Shown piece by piece: positions 45,681 to 56,107 of a stretch of 64,000 nt of DNA. The translations under genes and the position numbers were made by a program. The stretch is from an uncultured delta proteobacterium. Its GTDB lineage: Bacteria > Desulfobacterota > Desulfobulbia > Desulfobulbales > Desulfocapsaceae. Under the pieces are notes generated by a model. The model did no database searches. It saw only the letters and a list, made by a program, of their open reading frames with translations, and was not told where the DNA came from. Location of the stretch: the NCBI GenBank assembly GCA_963806525.1, contig CAWDYJ010000026.1, positions 133,175-197,174 on the forward strand, given 5' to 3'. Position 1 is the stretch's first letter. The number at the start of each line of letters is the position of its first letter.

Positions 45681-46352
45681 TCACTGACCATATTTTTCTC
45701 CATTATCGACTCTGATACGAAGCTCGATTTCTTTGATATCCTTATTGAATTTGAGAGTTTTGACAAACCCGTAAACAGTTCCAGCCAGGGCCTCCTGAAT
45801 GAAATCCTTCAGGGGAATCTTATTACCATTTACCAGCAGCGCCGTCATTTCTTTGCTGTCTTTTCTGGTAAGAAAGCGTTTTTCAATAAAAAGTGCAATC
45901 TCGGGTGCCTCATCCAGACGAAAAACATAATTTCCCGCGATCCCTTCAACGTCGGTGGCTACCGCAATAACACCCTGTACCTCATCGCGTAATTTCTGAT
46001 CACGATTCCGGAACACTTCTATTTTGGCAATTTTTTTGGCAGTTTTAAACCCTTCCCCAATGACGATGTCTACATCGGGAAAATATCTGTGGGCAAGCGT
46101 TCTCAAAGAAAGACCACTGTTTTGGGTTTGCAGCACCATCTGATCCGGCGCTACCAGCATGACGCTGTCTGCACCGGCCGCCTTATGCATGTACGTGTCG
46201 GTACCCGGGGTGTCAAACTGTATACCCGAGTCATTGCTCGACTTGATGACAGCGACTCGGTAGCCTAACTTTTTCAGTTCAGAAACGACCTGTTTTGTCA
46301 GTGTGGTTTTACCACTATCATGCCAACCGATAAATGTGACAATTGACGACAT
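45681..46352 (-). CDS. mobB: Molybdopterin-guanine dinucleotide biosynthesis protein B
   Basis: GWHDSGKTT, DTPGTDT and EGFK, with a C-terminal VNGNKIPLKDF extension. Confidence 0.9.
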   Translation of the reverse strand: MSSIVTFIGWHDSGKTTLTKQVVSELKKLGYRVAVIKSSNDSGIQFDTPGTDTYMHKAAGADSVMLVAPDQMVLQTQNSGLSLRTLAHRYFPDVDIVIGEGFKTAKKIAKIEVFRNRDQKLRDEVQGVIAVATDVEGIAGNYVFRLDEAPEIALFIEKRFLTRKDSKEMTALLVNGNKIPLKDFIQEALAGTVYGFVKTLKFNKDIKEIELRIRVDNGEKYGQ

Positions 46353-46491
46353 ATTCTCTCTATCCCCTATTAGACGAACTGCTCTCAGGCAGTCATGATT
46401 TCATTACCAGGAGCCTATTCATAGGTACCACAGTGACCCGGGATGAACATACCGACTCATATCGTATTTGACAAAGTTCTTAAAACCTACG

Positions 46492-47085
46492 TCAATCCAT
46501 CTTTTGCAAAGCTCTCACCACCACCTCAAGGGGTGGGCGGACATTGATATCCGCCACCTCAATCGCCCGTATTATGCCCGCAGTATCGATAAAAACCAAA
46601 GCCCTTTCTGTCATTCCATCAGATCGCAGCACCCCATATGTATCGGCAACTTTTCCATGGGGCCAGAAATCTGACAAGACATCAAACCAGAGGCCGCCCA
46701 TCTGCTGCACCCAGGCGTATAAAGCGGGAATGTTGTCGACAGTTATGCCAAGAAGTATCGCATTATTAATCTCAAAAATATTTTTACTGATATTGTAGCC
46801 GGGCCACTGATCCGAACAGACCGGTGTAAATGCAGCTGGAACAAATGACAGTACAACCTTCTTCTCTCCACGATACTGACTGAGGCTTACTCTCTTGCCT
46901 TCTATTGATTTGAGTGTAAAATCCGGGGCCAGCTGGCCAACCGACACTTTCAGTCTGCTGTCTACAGGTCTCAGATTCCCCGGATTGTAAATTAATTGCG
47001 GCAAACTTACATCTTTACAAACCCCAATATTAGCTGCGAAAACCAAGAACAAGCTCACGGTTAGCAAAATTCTCACGGTTTTCAT
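46492..47085 (-). CDS. Exported peroxiredoxin (AhpC/TSA family)
   Basis: APDFTL, PAAFTPVC (PxxxTxxC) and LSDFWPHG. Signal peptide. Confidence 0.85.
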   Translation of the reverse strand: MKTVRILLTVSLFLVFAANIGVCKDVSLPQLIYNPGNLRPVDSRLKVSVGQLAPDFTLKSIEGKRVSLSQYRGEKKVVLSFVPAAFTPVCSDQWPGYNISKNIFEINNAILLGITVDNIPALYAWVQQMGGLWFDVLSDFWPHGKVADTYGVLRSDGMTERALVFIDTAGIIRAIEVADINVRPPLEVVVRALQKMD

Positions 47086-47111
47086 AATATCTCTCCCTGT
47101 TGATCTTGTAT

Positions 47112-47683
47112 TTACAGTCCACTATTTTCAATCAACTCCTTCAAGAAATCGTCTGCGCTGTAAAACCCCCCGGAATTACGCAAAACGATCGTTGCTTTTC
47201 CACCATGATCCAATTCGGCACCCAATAAAGCCCGGTGTACCTTCACCAGCAAGAGCCTTATACATCGACATATCCTGGTCGGGAAAGAGCGGAAAAGGCA
47301 CGTTATAGGTCTCCTTAAAATGATCCACCTCGAACTGTGAATTCGAGGCACCTAGGCCGATAATTTTTACTACGGGTCCTTTTTGGGAAACTTCCTCCAT
47401 CTTTTCATAAAGCTCATTAACAATTGGTGCCTCATTCTGACAGAAAGGACAGTACATACTGAACAACTCAATGAGCAGAATATCTGCCTGAATATCGGTT
47501 AAAGCAAAACTCTCTCCCGTTTTGCCGGTCAATCCCAAGTACTTTTTGTAAAAATCATTTTCCGGAACTGTCAAGGTCAAGGTCCGGCAAAATTTCAGCG
47601 GTTGCAGCAGGTTCATTGCAAAAAGCCGGAACAGCCGACCCTATACCCAACAGAAGCACAAGATAGATTACAATTTTTTTCAT
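47112..47683 (-). CDS. TlpA/redoxin-like thiol-disulfide oxidoreductase (frameshifted)
   Basis: Signal peptide, FSMYCPFCQNEAP and FPLFPD. Confidence 0.8.
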
Positions 47684-47858
47684 CAGCATCTCCATGATTG
47701 ATGACGTTCTCTCAGACCCTGTTTTCCCTTCAACCATCGGGTCAATTTATTTATACAACACCCTGAAGGTAAAATAATAAGCGCTCTTTCTGCTCGTGCC
47801 TGAAAATTATACCTACCAGCTCAGGTGTTTCAATCTGTCAAATCGACAAGTTGTCCAT

Positions 47859-47911
47859 AAAAAAAAGCAAAAGAGCGGTGGTCACAAGGACCGCCCGCTC
47901 TTTTGCTTTTT
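47859..47911. terminator. Intrinsic terminator of the fdh operon
   Basis: aaaagcaaaagagcgg...ccgctcttttgctttt long stem with tails, right after fdhC. Confidence 0.8.
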
Positions 47912-47957
47912 AAACAGTGACTCTATCGGAAATACTCTTTCCTGTTTTCTTCACGTA

Positions 47958-48836
47958 TCAATATTTATATCTGCTGTGCAGTATGTCCACTTCTTCCTTA
48001 GGCTTGTAACCAGTTTTCATACTTTCCAGCGATCCGGCAATGGCAAAAACCGACATATAGACATGGGTCAGATAAAAGGCCAGGATCCCCATTCCGAGAA
48101 CATTATGAATGATGGCGTATAAGCGAACCGTTTCAATATCCGCTCCCATGCCCCATATTATATATCCGGTATAGGCCATAACTCCACCCCCGAAGGTGGC
48201 AAACCAGAAGTACATTTTCTGTCCGGCATTAAATTTTCCTGCCGGGACAGGTTTTTTCTTCTTGCTGAGATAGCCCGCCGAGAATAAACATCCAGGCAAT
48301 ATCATGCACCTGGGGAAGCATGTCTTTGAGCCACATAAAAAACATTATTATTCCCGGAATAACAAAGACTATCGCCGATACCAGGTGGACATATCTGGCC
48401 ATACGGATTAACAGCCCCGCCGCCAAGATAATTGCCAAAGATGATCATCAGCCCGGTAATAACGAGCAGAGAAAAACTGACAGCTGCAATAAAATGGATA
48501 ACCCGGGCAAAGAGACGGGAAAAAGAGTATCTGTTCACCGTCGTGGTCAAAATGTTTGGCCCCGATGATTACATAGTGCAGCAGGAAAACTGCCGGTACT
48601 GCGGTAATGATTACCAGAAATATCTTCCAGAACCATTGGCCCTGAAGGGTAGTGAATAACTGGCCGTAATTTTGCCAGTTACCGGTGATAGATCCAATCA
48701 ATGTATCGAAATAATCGGCCGATGAACCCGCTGAAAGACCGGCGAGAGCTTGGCCTTCCTGGGCGGAAACAAAAGCAGCGAATCCTGCCACAAGAAAAAC
48801 TGTGAGCAGAAACACATTTTTAAGAACCCTCTGCAT
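47958..48836 (-). CDS. fdhC: Formate dehydrogenase cytochrome b (gamma) subunit, frameshifted
   Basis: HYVIIG, RVIHF, YVHL, GKFNAGQK.YFW, IHN and THVYM heme-His motifs across frames. Confidence 0.88.
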
Positions 48837-48920
48837 AGTGTGCTCCTGTAGATGGTATGGTCCTTCAGCCTCTGTCACACCAGAAGCTGAAGGACTGAAC
48901 TATGATTAAGTCCTCGGTTG

Positions 48921-49505
48921 CTACTTTTTATAAGCCTTGTCCCAGCCCCAGGCATTGACGCCTGACCCACGCTGGAAAACACGCTCACGATACACATCCG
49001 CTACGACATCGGCATCACCTGCCAGCAGGGCCTTCGTTGCACACATGCCGGCACAGAGCGGTACCTTGCCTTCGGCGATACGGTTCTGGCCGTACAGTTT
49101 CTTCTCCTCAACACTGAAATTTTCTTCAGGTCCGCCGGCGCAGAAAGTGCATTTGTCCATCGCACCCCGCGCCCCAAAAACATTGTCATTGGGAAATTGC
49201 GGCGCGCCGAATGGGCAGGCCATAAAGCAGTAGCCACAGCCGATGCAGGTCTTTTTGCTGACCAGCACGATACCATCCTCCCGCTGATAAATCGCATCAA
49301 CAGGACAAACAGCAATGCACGGGGCATCGGCACAATGCATGCACGAGACCGAGATAGATTTCTCACCCGGCTTGCCCTGATCGAGGGTAATCACCCGACG
49401 ACGGTTCACACCAACAGGGACATGGTTCCCTTCTTTACAGGCGACGACACAACCGCTACAGTCGATGCAACGGTCAACATCGCATAAAAATTTTACTCTT
49501 GCCAT
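48921..49505 (-). CDS. fdhB: Formate dehydrogenase iron-sulfur (beta) subunit
   Basis: CIDCSGC..AC, CMHC.DAPC...CP, CIGCGYC..ACPFGAP, KCTFCAGGP and PLCAGMC. Confidence 0.95.
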   Translation of the reverse strand: MARVKFLCDVDRCIDCSGCVVACKEGNHVPVGVNRRRVITLDQGKPGEKSISVSCMHCADAPCIAVCPVDAIYQREDGIVLVSKKTCIGCGYCFMACPFGAPQFPNDNVFGARGAMDKCTFCAGGPEENFSVEEKKLYGQNRIAEGKVPLCAGMCATKALLAGDADVVADVYRERVFQRGSGVNAWGWDKAYKK

Positions 49506-49520
49506 TTCATATCCTCCTCA

Positions 49521-52321
49521 TCAGGCCTTGGCTATTTTACACAGTCCATCTTTGGTTGCCTGAATCTGTGTGATAATGTCATATCCATAGTTCGTGACAA
49601 CATTGCCAGGCTCGCCCACCACGTATGGTGCGGTTCCCTCCGGATATTTGTCAACATAGGATTTACCCTGCAATATGCCTGCGAAGTGATACGGCAGGAA
49701 GATGGTTTTTTCATCTACCCTTTCAGTTACAAATGCCTTGACAGTGATCTTGCCGCCTTCCGGAGACTCGACCGACATCATCTCCCCATTGCGAATTCCA
49801 AGGTCATTGGCAAGACGGGGGTTGATCTCAGCATACATTTCCGGCTGCAGTTCGGCCAGGTACTGGTTGCTGCGGGTCTCAGCCCCGGCTCCCATATGTT
49901 CGACCATGCGGCCGGTGGTAATAACATAGGGGAATTCTTTCACCAGATCCGGATTCTGCTCACTTTCAAATCGGGTATCAATACGGAAATGATCAGGCTT
50001 ATCCTTAAAGGTCGGATATTTGGCTACCAAATCCGGACGGGGTGAATGCAACGGCTCCCGGTGAATAGGTACCTGATCGGGAAAGTTCCAGACGACGCAG
50101 CGGGCGCGGGCATTGCCAAACGGCGCCATGCCACGGGCTATTGCATCCTTGATCGTTTTCTGGGACAGATCAGTCTTCCAGTTGGTTCCGGGGACAGTCT
50201 CTTTGAACTCAGAATAGCCTCCTTGAATTTCACTGCCCGGGTTACAAACACCTTTGGCGGCCAACTGATTTTCGATACGGCCACTGCCGTCGTATTTCAT
50301 CTCATCACCGAAACGATTTCTAAACGGCAGTCCGCCATCGGCCACTGATTTGGAAACATCATAGAGGATCGGAGTTCCGGGATGCTCCTCGGTCCAGCAT
50401 GGCCACGGCAGACCATAATACTCTCCGTCGCATGGACCGCCTTTGGCCTGAAGATCGTCGACATTAAAGGTATGCCAGTTCTCCATGTGCTTTTTGATGC
50501 GTTCAGGAGTCTGGCCGTTATACCCGATAGTCAACGATCCACGGCCCAGTTCACGGGTGATATCTTCCGGTACCTGCTTGATGTTCTTGTAGAACTGCTC
50601 GGCAAATCCAAGCTTATTCACCAGCAGTTCCATAATCTGGTAATCATCTTTACTGTTATGAACCGGATCGACGACCTTGTAGCGCCACTGGATCTGGCGG
50701 GAAGTCGAGGTGACGCTGCCGGAGGTTTCATACTGGCTGGCACTTGGCAGCAAGTAGACATTATCGGTCTCACAGGCAACGGATGCCATCGTTGGGAAGG
50801 GATCGACAATAACCAGCAGATCAAGCTTGTCATAGGCTTTTTTTACCTCGGAATATCGGGAGTTGGAATTTGAACCGCAGCCCCACTGAACCAAAGCCTT
50901 GATCGGAGTATCCTGGTAAATTTTCTCCGTTTCAAGAACACCGTCATACCAGCGGGCCAAAGTGAAACCCTTCTTATTCATCCACTCTTTGACTTTGAAT
51001 CTTCCCACCATCCAGTCATAATCAACATCCCAGACCCGGCACCAGTGCTTCCAGGAACCATCAGCCAGACCATAATAGGCCGGCAGGCTGTCGGCAAGAA
51101 CACACATATCGGTTGCGCCCTGGACATTATCATGACCACGGAAAATATTGGTACCACCACCTGATTTTCCCATATTGCCGAGAACCAGCTGGAGGATACA
51201 GAAACTCCGGGTAATGGAGCTGCCGATGGAATGCTGGGTTCCGCCCATACACCAGGTCAGACTGGTGGGACGGTTATTGGCCAGAAGTTCGGCAACGTGG
51301 ACAGTCTGCTCGGCCGGAATACCGGTGATATTTTCCACTTCTTCAGGGGTGTATGCCTTGGCGACCTCTACCATCTCCTCATAACCGGCCACACGGGTCC
51401 TGATAAACTCCTTGTCTTCCCAGCCGTTGGTTATAATCGCGTTTACCAAGCCCATCATAAAGGCGGCATCGGTACCCGGACGAATCCGCACGTAATCAGT
51501 ACCCTTGGCGGCAAGCTTAGTCCGCCGTGGATCGACGACAATGATCGGTGCATTGTTTTTTTCTTTGGCATGCAGAATATGCTGCATGGAAATAGGATGA
51601 GCCTCTGGTGCATTTGAACCGATAAAGATCAAGCTTTTCGCATGTCTCATATCGTTCAGGCTGTTGGTCATTGCTCCGTAACCCCAAGTATTGGCGACAC
51701 CTGCCACCGTAGTTGAGTGTCAGATACGGGCCTGGTGGTCGACGTTGTTCGACCCCCAGAAAGCAGCAAATTTACGTTGCAGGAAGGCCATCTCGGTGGA
51801 GACCTTGGCGCTGCCGAGAAACATCAGGGCATCCGGACCATCCTGTTCACGCAGGCTCAGTGAGTTTGTCGCCGATCTCGTTGATCGCCTGATCCCAGGT
51901 AATGTTGGTCCACTTGCCGTTGACTTTTTTCATCGGATTCTTGAGGCGCTTGGGGCTGGTGACCATATCAATTGCCCCGGCGCCCTTGCAGCAATGACGC
52001 ACCAAAAGATACCGGATGATCAGCGGCGATTTCCTGACGGACCCATACACCGTTATGCACTTCGGCTTCAATCCCGCAACCGACCGCACAGTAGGTACAA
52101 ATTGTTTTGACTTTCTCCGAACCGACATATGGTTCGCTCTGACCAGCTGCCGCATTGGCCTTAGTGGTCATCCTGGTGGTCATGGCCACCCCGGTCAGGG
52201 CGGCGGTTGCCGCCGACAACTTCAAAAAAGATCGCCGGGCGACCTTGGGATTGAGAGTCACTCTGCGACCGGCAGTTACAGCGCCACCCCCAGAGGAAAT
52301 CTTTAATTTGCTTCTAGCCAT
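49521..52321 (-). CDS. fdhA: Selenocysteine-containing Mo/W formate dehydrogenase alpha subunit with Tat signal (frameshifts near 52000 and 51855)
   Basis: [14 protein letters not shown]...[24 protein letters not shown] (UGA 51720-51722) and [11 protein letters not shown]. Confidence 0.95.
51693..51708 (-). promoter_or_regulatory. SECIS element of fdhA
   Basis: GGUGGC-AGGU-GUCGCC hairpin 11 nt after the UGA, resembling the E. coli fdhF SECIS spacing and loop. Confidence 0.8.
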
Positions 52322-52404
52322 TGATTTTTTCTCCTTCTTCTGTAAAAACTTTTTCGTGACCAGCAGCTTAAGAACTGCAGTCACCGGAAAACCTCACGGG
52401 TGGC

Positions 52405-52599
52405 TTATGATCGTAAGTTTTTGTAATATTTCTTAAAATCATCACTTTCATGGTAAAGCGTCTCATCCGCATGGTTGACCGTGGCGGCAGTTTTTGCTTT
52501 CGCAGGTCTGACAATGGCTGCAGTCCCAATCACAGCCGCTGTACCAGCCAGGATGTGCTTGAGGAATGAACGCCTTTTGTCCTCTTCTTTTTTCATCAT
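52405..52599 (-). CDS. Small twin-arginine peptide associated with fdh operons
   Basis: RRSFLK plus Y.ES..F..YY..L tail, located between the TorD chaperone and fdhA. Confidence 0.82.
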   Translation of the reverse strand: MMKKEEDKRRSFLKHILAGTAAVIGTAAIVRPAKAKTAATVNHADETLYHESDDFKKYYKNLRS

Positions 52600-52674
52600 A
52601 AACCCTCCTTTTCCTCTTATTATTCTTCAAGGACGCTCCCTTAATTGTGCTGATGGTGGAGCGCGAACAAAAAA

Positions 52675-53292
52675 CTACACAAGAATTATCAGGCTCTTTT
52701 CCAGATCAAGATAGCCACCAAGAATCCGGCAGCATAAATAATAAAAATCGGCATGCTCACTTTCCTGGAGTGTTGCCGTAAATTTCTCGATAAAAGGTTC
52801 AAGGAACTCTTCAAGCAGTCTTCCCTGAAGCCTTCTGATTTTCTCTCCACCACCGCTCCTTTCTTCTTCAACAAGAGAAGCAAAGGTATCAAGCATGACA
52901 ACCAGGGAATCCTCAGGCTCAGACACCCCTGCATCCTTTTGCACTCCCGCTTCATGCATTAAACCGCGGATGTCGACAAGAGCCTGATCGTAGCTGCGGC
53001 CATTCAAATAATACGAGGCAGTCGTCTCCACAAGACCGTCATCAAAGGGATTGACAAAAAGTGTATAATATTCTTCCTGCAGTTCCTTGAGCGTTTTGTC
53101 ATTCAGGGCTCGGGAAATTTCCTTGACGGCATTATCAAAACGGGGACTTATCTGCTCCAGGGCAAGCGCAGAAAAAGTTCCGCGCCAGCGACTCATTATC
53201 TCCGAGTCCGGCTCCGCTGCAAAAAAAGATTTAATAAGATCGAGAAAGCGTAATCGAACCCGAAAAAGATCCCGTTCGTTCAATTCATCCAT
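52675..53292 (-). CDS. TorD/DmsD family molybdoenzyme chaperone
   Basis: EYYTLF..P, ASYY..G and EPEDSL motifs, in the fdh operon. Confidence 0.85.
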   Translation of the reverse strand: MDELNERDLFRVRLRFLDLIKSFFAAEPDSEIMSRWRGTFSALALEQISPRFDNAVKEISRALNDKTLKELQEEYYTLFVNPFDDGLVETTASYYLNGRSYDQALVDIRGLMHEAGVQKDAGVSEPEDSLVVMLDTFASLVEEERSGGGEKIRRLQGRLLEEFLEPFIEKFTATLQESEHADFYYLCCRILGGYLDLEKSLIILV

Positions 53293-53294
53293 AA

Positions 53295-55191
53295 TTATTG
53301 TGTCTCAAAAAGTTTCACGACCCGACAGGTGTCGCAATATTCAAAATGACTTGTGTCGACCGTTTCCTTTTTCGACAGAATGGCCATGACCCGATCAAAG
53401 GCTTTTCTGGTGCCAAAAACCTTGCCACAGCTTTTACAGGCCATTGGATCAGCTTTGGCAAGCTCAACCGGTGCAAAAAAATCACCATTCAGAGTAAATT
53501 CGGCAGGAGATGGTCAGGGCATTCTCCGGACAGATGTGGACACAGAGCCCGCATCCCACACACAAAGCCCCCAGATGGTTCAGCGTCAACTGTTGCTGAT
53601 CGGCTCGCATGGCCTCGATGCGGCAGTCGTTGAGACAGGCCATACACTGGGTACATCGTTCGGTGTTACAGCTCACTGTGGCAAAAGGTATATATCCCTC
53701 CGGCCGCATGGTTATCTCGCGACCGCTGTTGGTAACCAGAAACTTCTAAAGCCGTCGCGAGTGATTGTCGGCGATTGATAAAACGATCTTCTTAGGTAAC
53801 CGCTGCCAAAGCTGCCGACTGGTGCTAGAGCCACAAGGGAATCAAAATCCTGAATGCGACAGACCGAAACAGCATCTTCTCTATCGAACAGTCGCGTCAG
53901 CATCTCATTGGCCAGATCAATTTGCTTCCCTGACAGCGGCTGTGCCTTGTTGCTCGTTCTCATTTTGCAAAACCACAATCCGTCTCGCACCCCGGCTCAG
54001 TAAAAACATGAAATGAAACAGAGACAGGCTTTGCACACGTGCTGTATTGCAGAAAAAAAATCTTCTCGTACCTTTTCCCCTGCTGTCGCCACCAGAGATT
54101 GTGCAGACTTTTTTCATTCCCGATAACGACTGTTCCATCCTGAGGAAGGGTCACATCGCGAAAGTAATCGACAAACGAGGCATCATTAAAACGTTCATTC
54201 TGCAGCGCCCCCGTGGGACAGGCGGCAACACAGGCGCCACATTCTTCACATTTAAAAGAGTCAACTGTCACGCCCTCTGGATTCTGCGCAATTGCATCCA
54301 TGAGGGCAGCTGGATAGACACAGGTCACAACCTCGACCAAGATTTCCGCTATACTGACAAAGACCATTGTTGCAGGTGACAACTTCATCAATCTGGCAGG
54401 GAGAAAGAGTGGCGAAATATTCAGATAAATTGTCTTCGTAATAGACATTTCCGACTCCCTGCGGGCAGGCCCAAACCTGATTTGCCGAGTATGATAAGGG
54501 CAGGAACTTCAATTGCAGTACGTCACCGCACCGTGAACATCAATTGCCTTTGCACCACAAACTTTTTCACACTCTTTGCAAAAGGTACAGATATCGTAAT
54601 TAACAAACAGATGTTTCAGAGATGCACTGCTCCGGGCAAACCGGACCGCAATCCCCGCAATAGGTACACAAATCAAAGTTGATGGGGGATCGAACGCTGA
54701 TATTCCAGACGGCACTTATTCCCATGATTATCGATGTGCAACTCTAGTCGCCGTCGGTATTTCCGGATGAAAGCCTTTGACCAGCAGGGGCGTAATATCC
54801 AACACGCCGCCATAGATACCAATAAATGAATCCAATTGCTCGACACTGTCACCGATAACACAGACGCGGTTGTCTGCTTCCACCGTATAACTGCGGTAAT
54901 TCACTGCATTGTTGCGTCTGAGTTCTGCCCGGGCTATTGCTGATAACTCTTCGGCGTTAAACGATGCCAGGTCATGATTGAGTTGGAGCTGTTGACGAGA
55001 AAGGGAAGCCGCTTTCCGGAGTAATTGAGGAAAAGCCCCCGGCAAGAAGAATAGTTTTCCCATGATCAGCAGGGAGAAACGACTGCCGGGATGGAGGTTG
55101 ACCTCGGTTAACTACAAACTCAGGTGCTATTCGAACCATCCTGGACAAGCAGACACGTAGAAAAGGGTTTACTCTTCAAATTATCAACCAT
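53295..55191 (-). CDS. Multi-4Fe-4S ferredoxin-like protein of the fdh operon (many frameshifts, start approximate)
   Basis: CTFCKECEKVC, CQY...GCDLC, CEECGACVAACPTGAL, CTQCMACLNDC, CVGCGLCVHICPE and CKSCGKVF, ending CRVVKLFETQ*. Confidence 0.8.
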
Positions 55192-55419
55192 TACTTCCAT
55201 GTTGTGCAGGACCAACTCCTGTCACCAACATATTTTTTAGGGTTACAGAAAACTGCAGCAAAGAAATTGCTGTAGCATCATGTACAAATACAGAGCAATC
55301 CTCTCAGGCAAAACTAGCAAGCGAACCTTCTGTAAGACTTGGTTAGTATAAGAAAGTTTAGCGAGGAAAAGAATCAGCCCGGTCCCTTTTGTTCCGTAAG
55401 AATAAAACAGCTCGTCCGC

Positions 55420-55436
55420 GTAGGCAATTAACCTAC
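55420..55436. promoter_or_regulatory. Palindrome GTAGG-N7-CCTAC, candidate NarL/LuxR-type operator for the fdh operon
   Basis: Perfect 5-bp inverted repeat between the regulator gene and the first fdh operon gene. Confidence 0.4.
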
Positions 55437-55440
55437 ATCG

Positions 55441-56107
55441 TCAGGATCCGGTGGAATGAGAAAATTCTTGTTCAGTCCACAAAACTGCCCGGCGGATAAG
55501 CTCCGCCGCTGTCTTGATGCCGAGTTTTTGTTTGACACGGTCCCGATAGGTACCGATAGTTTTGATGCCGAGTTTCATCTGCATTGGCAATTTCCCGGGT
55601 AGACAATCCAGCCCCAAGCAATCTGAATACTTCAAGCTCCCGGTCGGTGAGCAGATCGACGGTGCGGCTGACCGGCGTATCTGTTTTCAGCTGCAGTCTG
55701 TCGAGCAGCCGTTCCATTATTCTCGCACTGACATGGATCTTACCAGTGCGGATGTTTCGAAGGGCCGAGATGACATTCTCACTGGCCTCTTTTTTCATAA
55801 TATAGCCACGGGCACCGGCCCGAATTGCCCTTTCCGCCCAAACCTGTTCATCATGCATGGAGAGAACCAAGATCGGCAGCGGGTTCTTCTGGGTAGTAAA
55901 CTCCTTAACCAGATCGAGACCATTGTCACCGGCAAGGGTAATATCAACAATGGCCAGATCAGGAGTATGTTTGTCTATCAACTTCCTGGCACTGCCAATA
56001 TCTTCAGCCATGCCGCAGACCACAAAATCCTCTTCCTGATTGAGCAGTTCGGCCATGCCCATCCTGAAAATGGGATGATCATCAACTATTATCACCTTCG
56101 ATTTCAT
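55441..56107 (-). CDS. NarL/LuxR family response regulator (C-terminal frameshift)
   Basis: IVDDHP, DITL, LSMHDE, LTDRELEV and KTIGTYRDRVKQKLG. Confidence 0.92.

Noticed and set aside
46492-47085. Selenocysteine in the peroxiredoxin or TlpA
   Set aside because: The active-site codons encode Cys, with no in-frame UGA.
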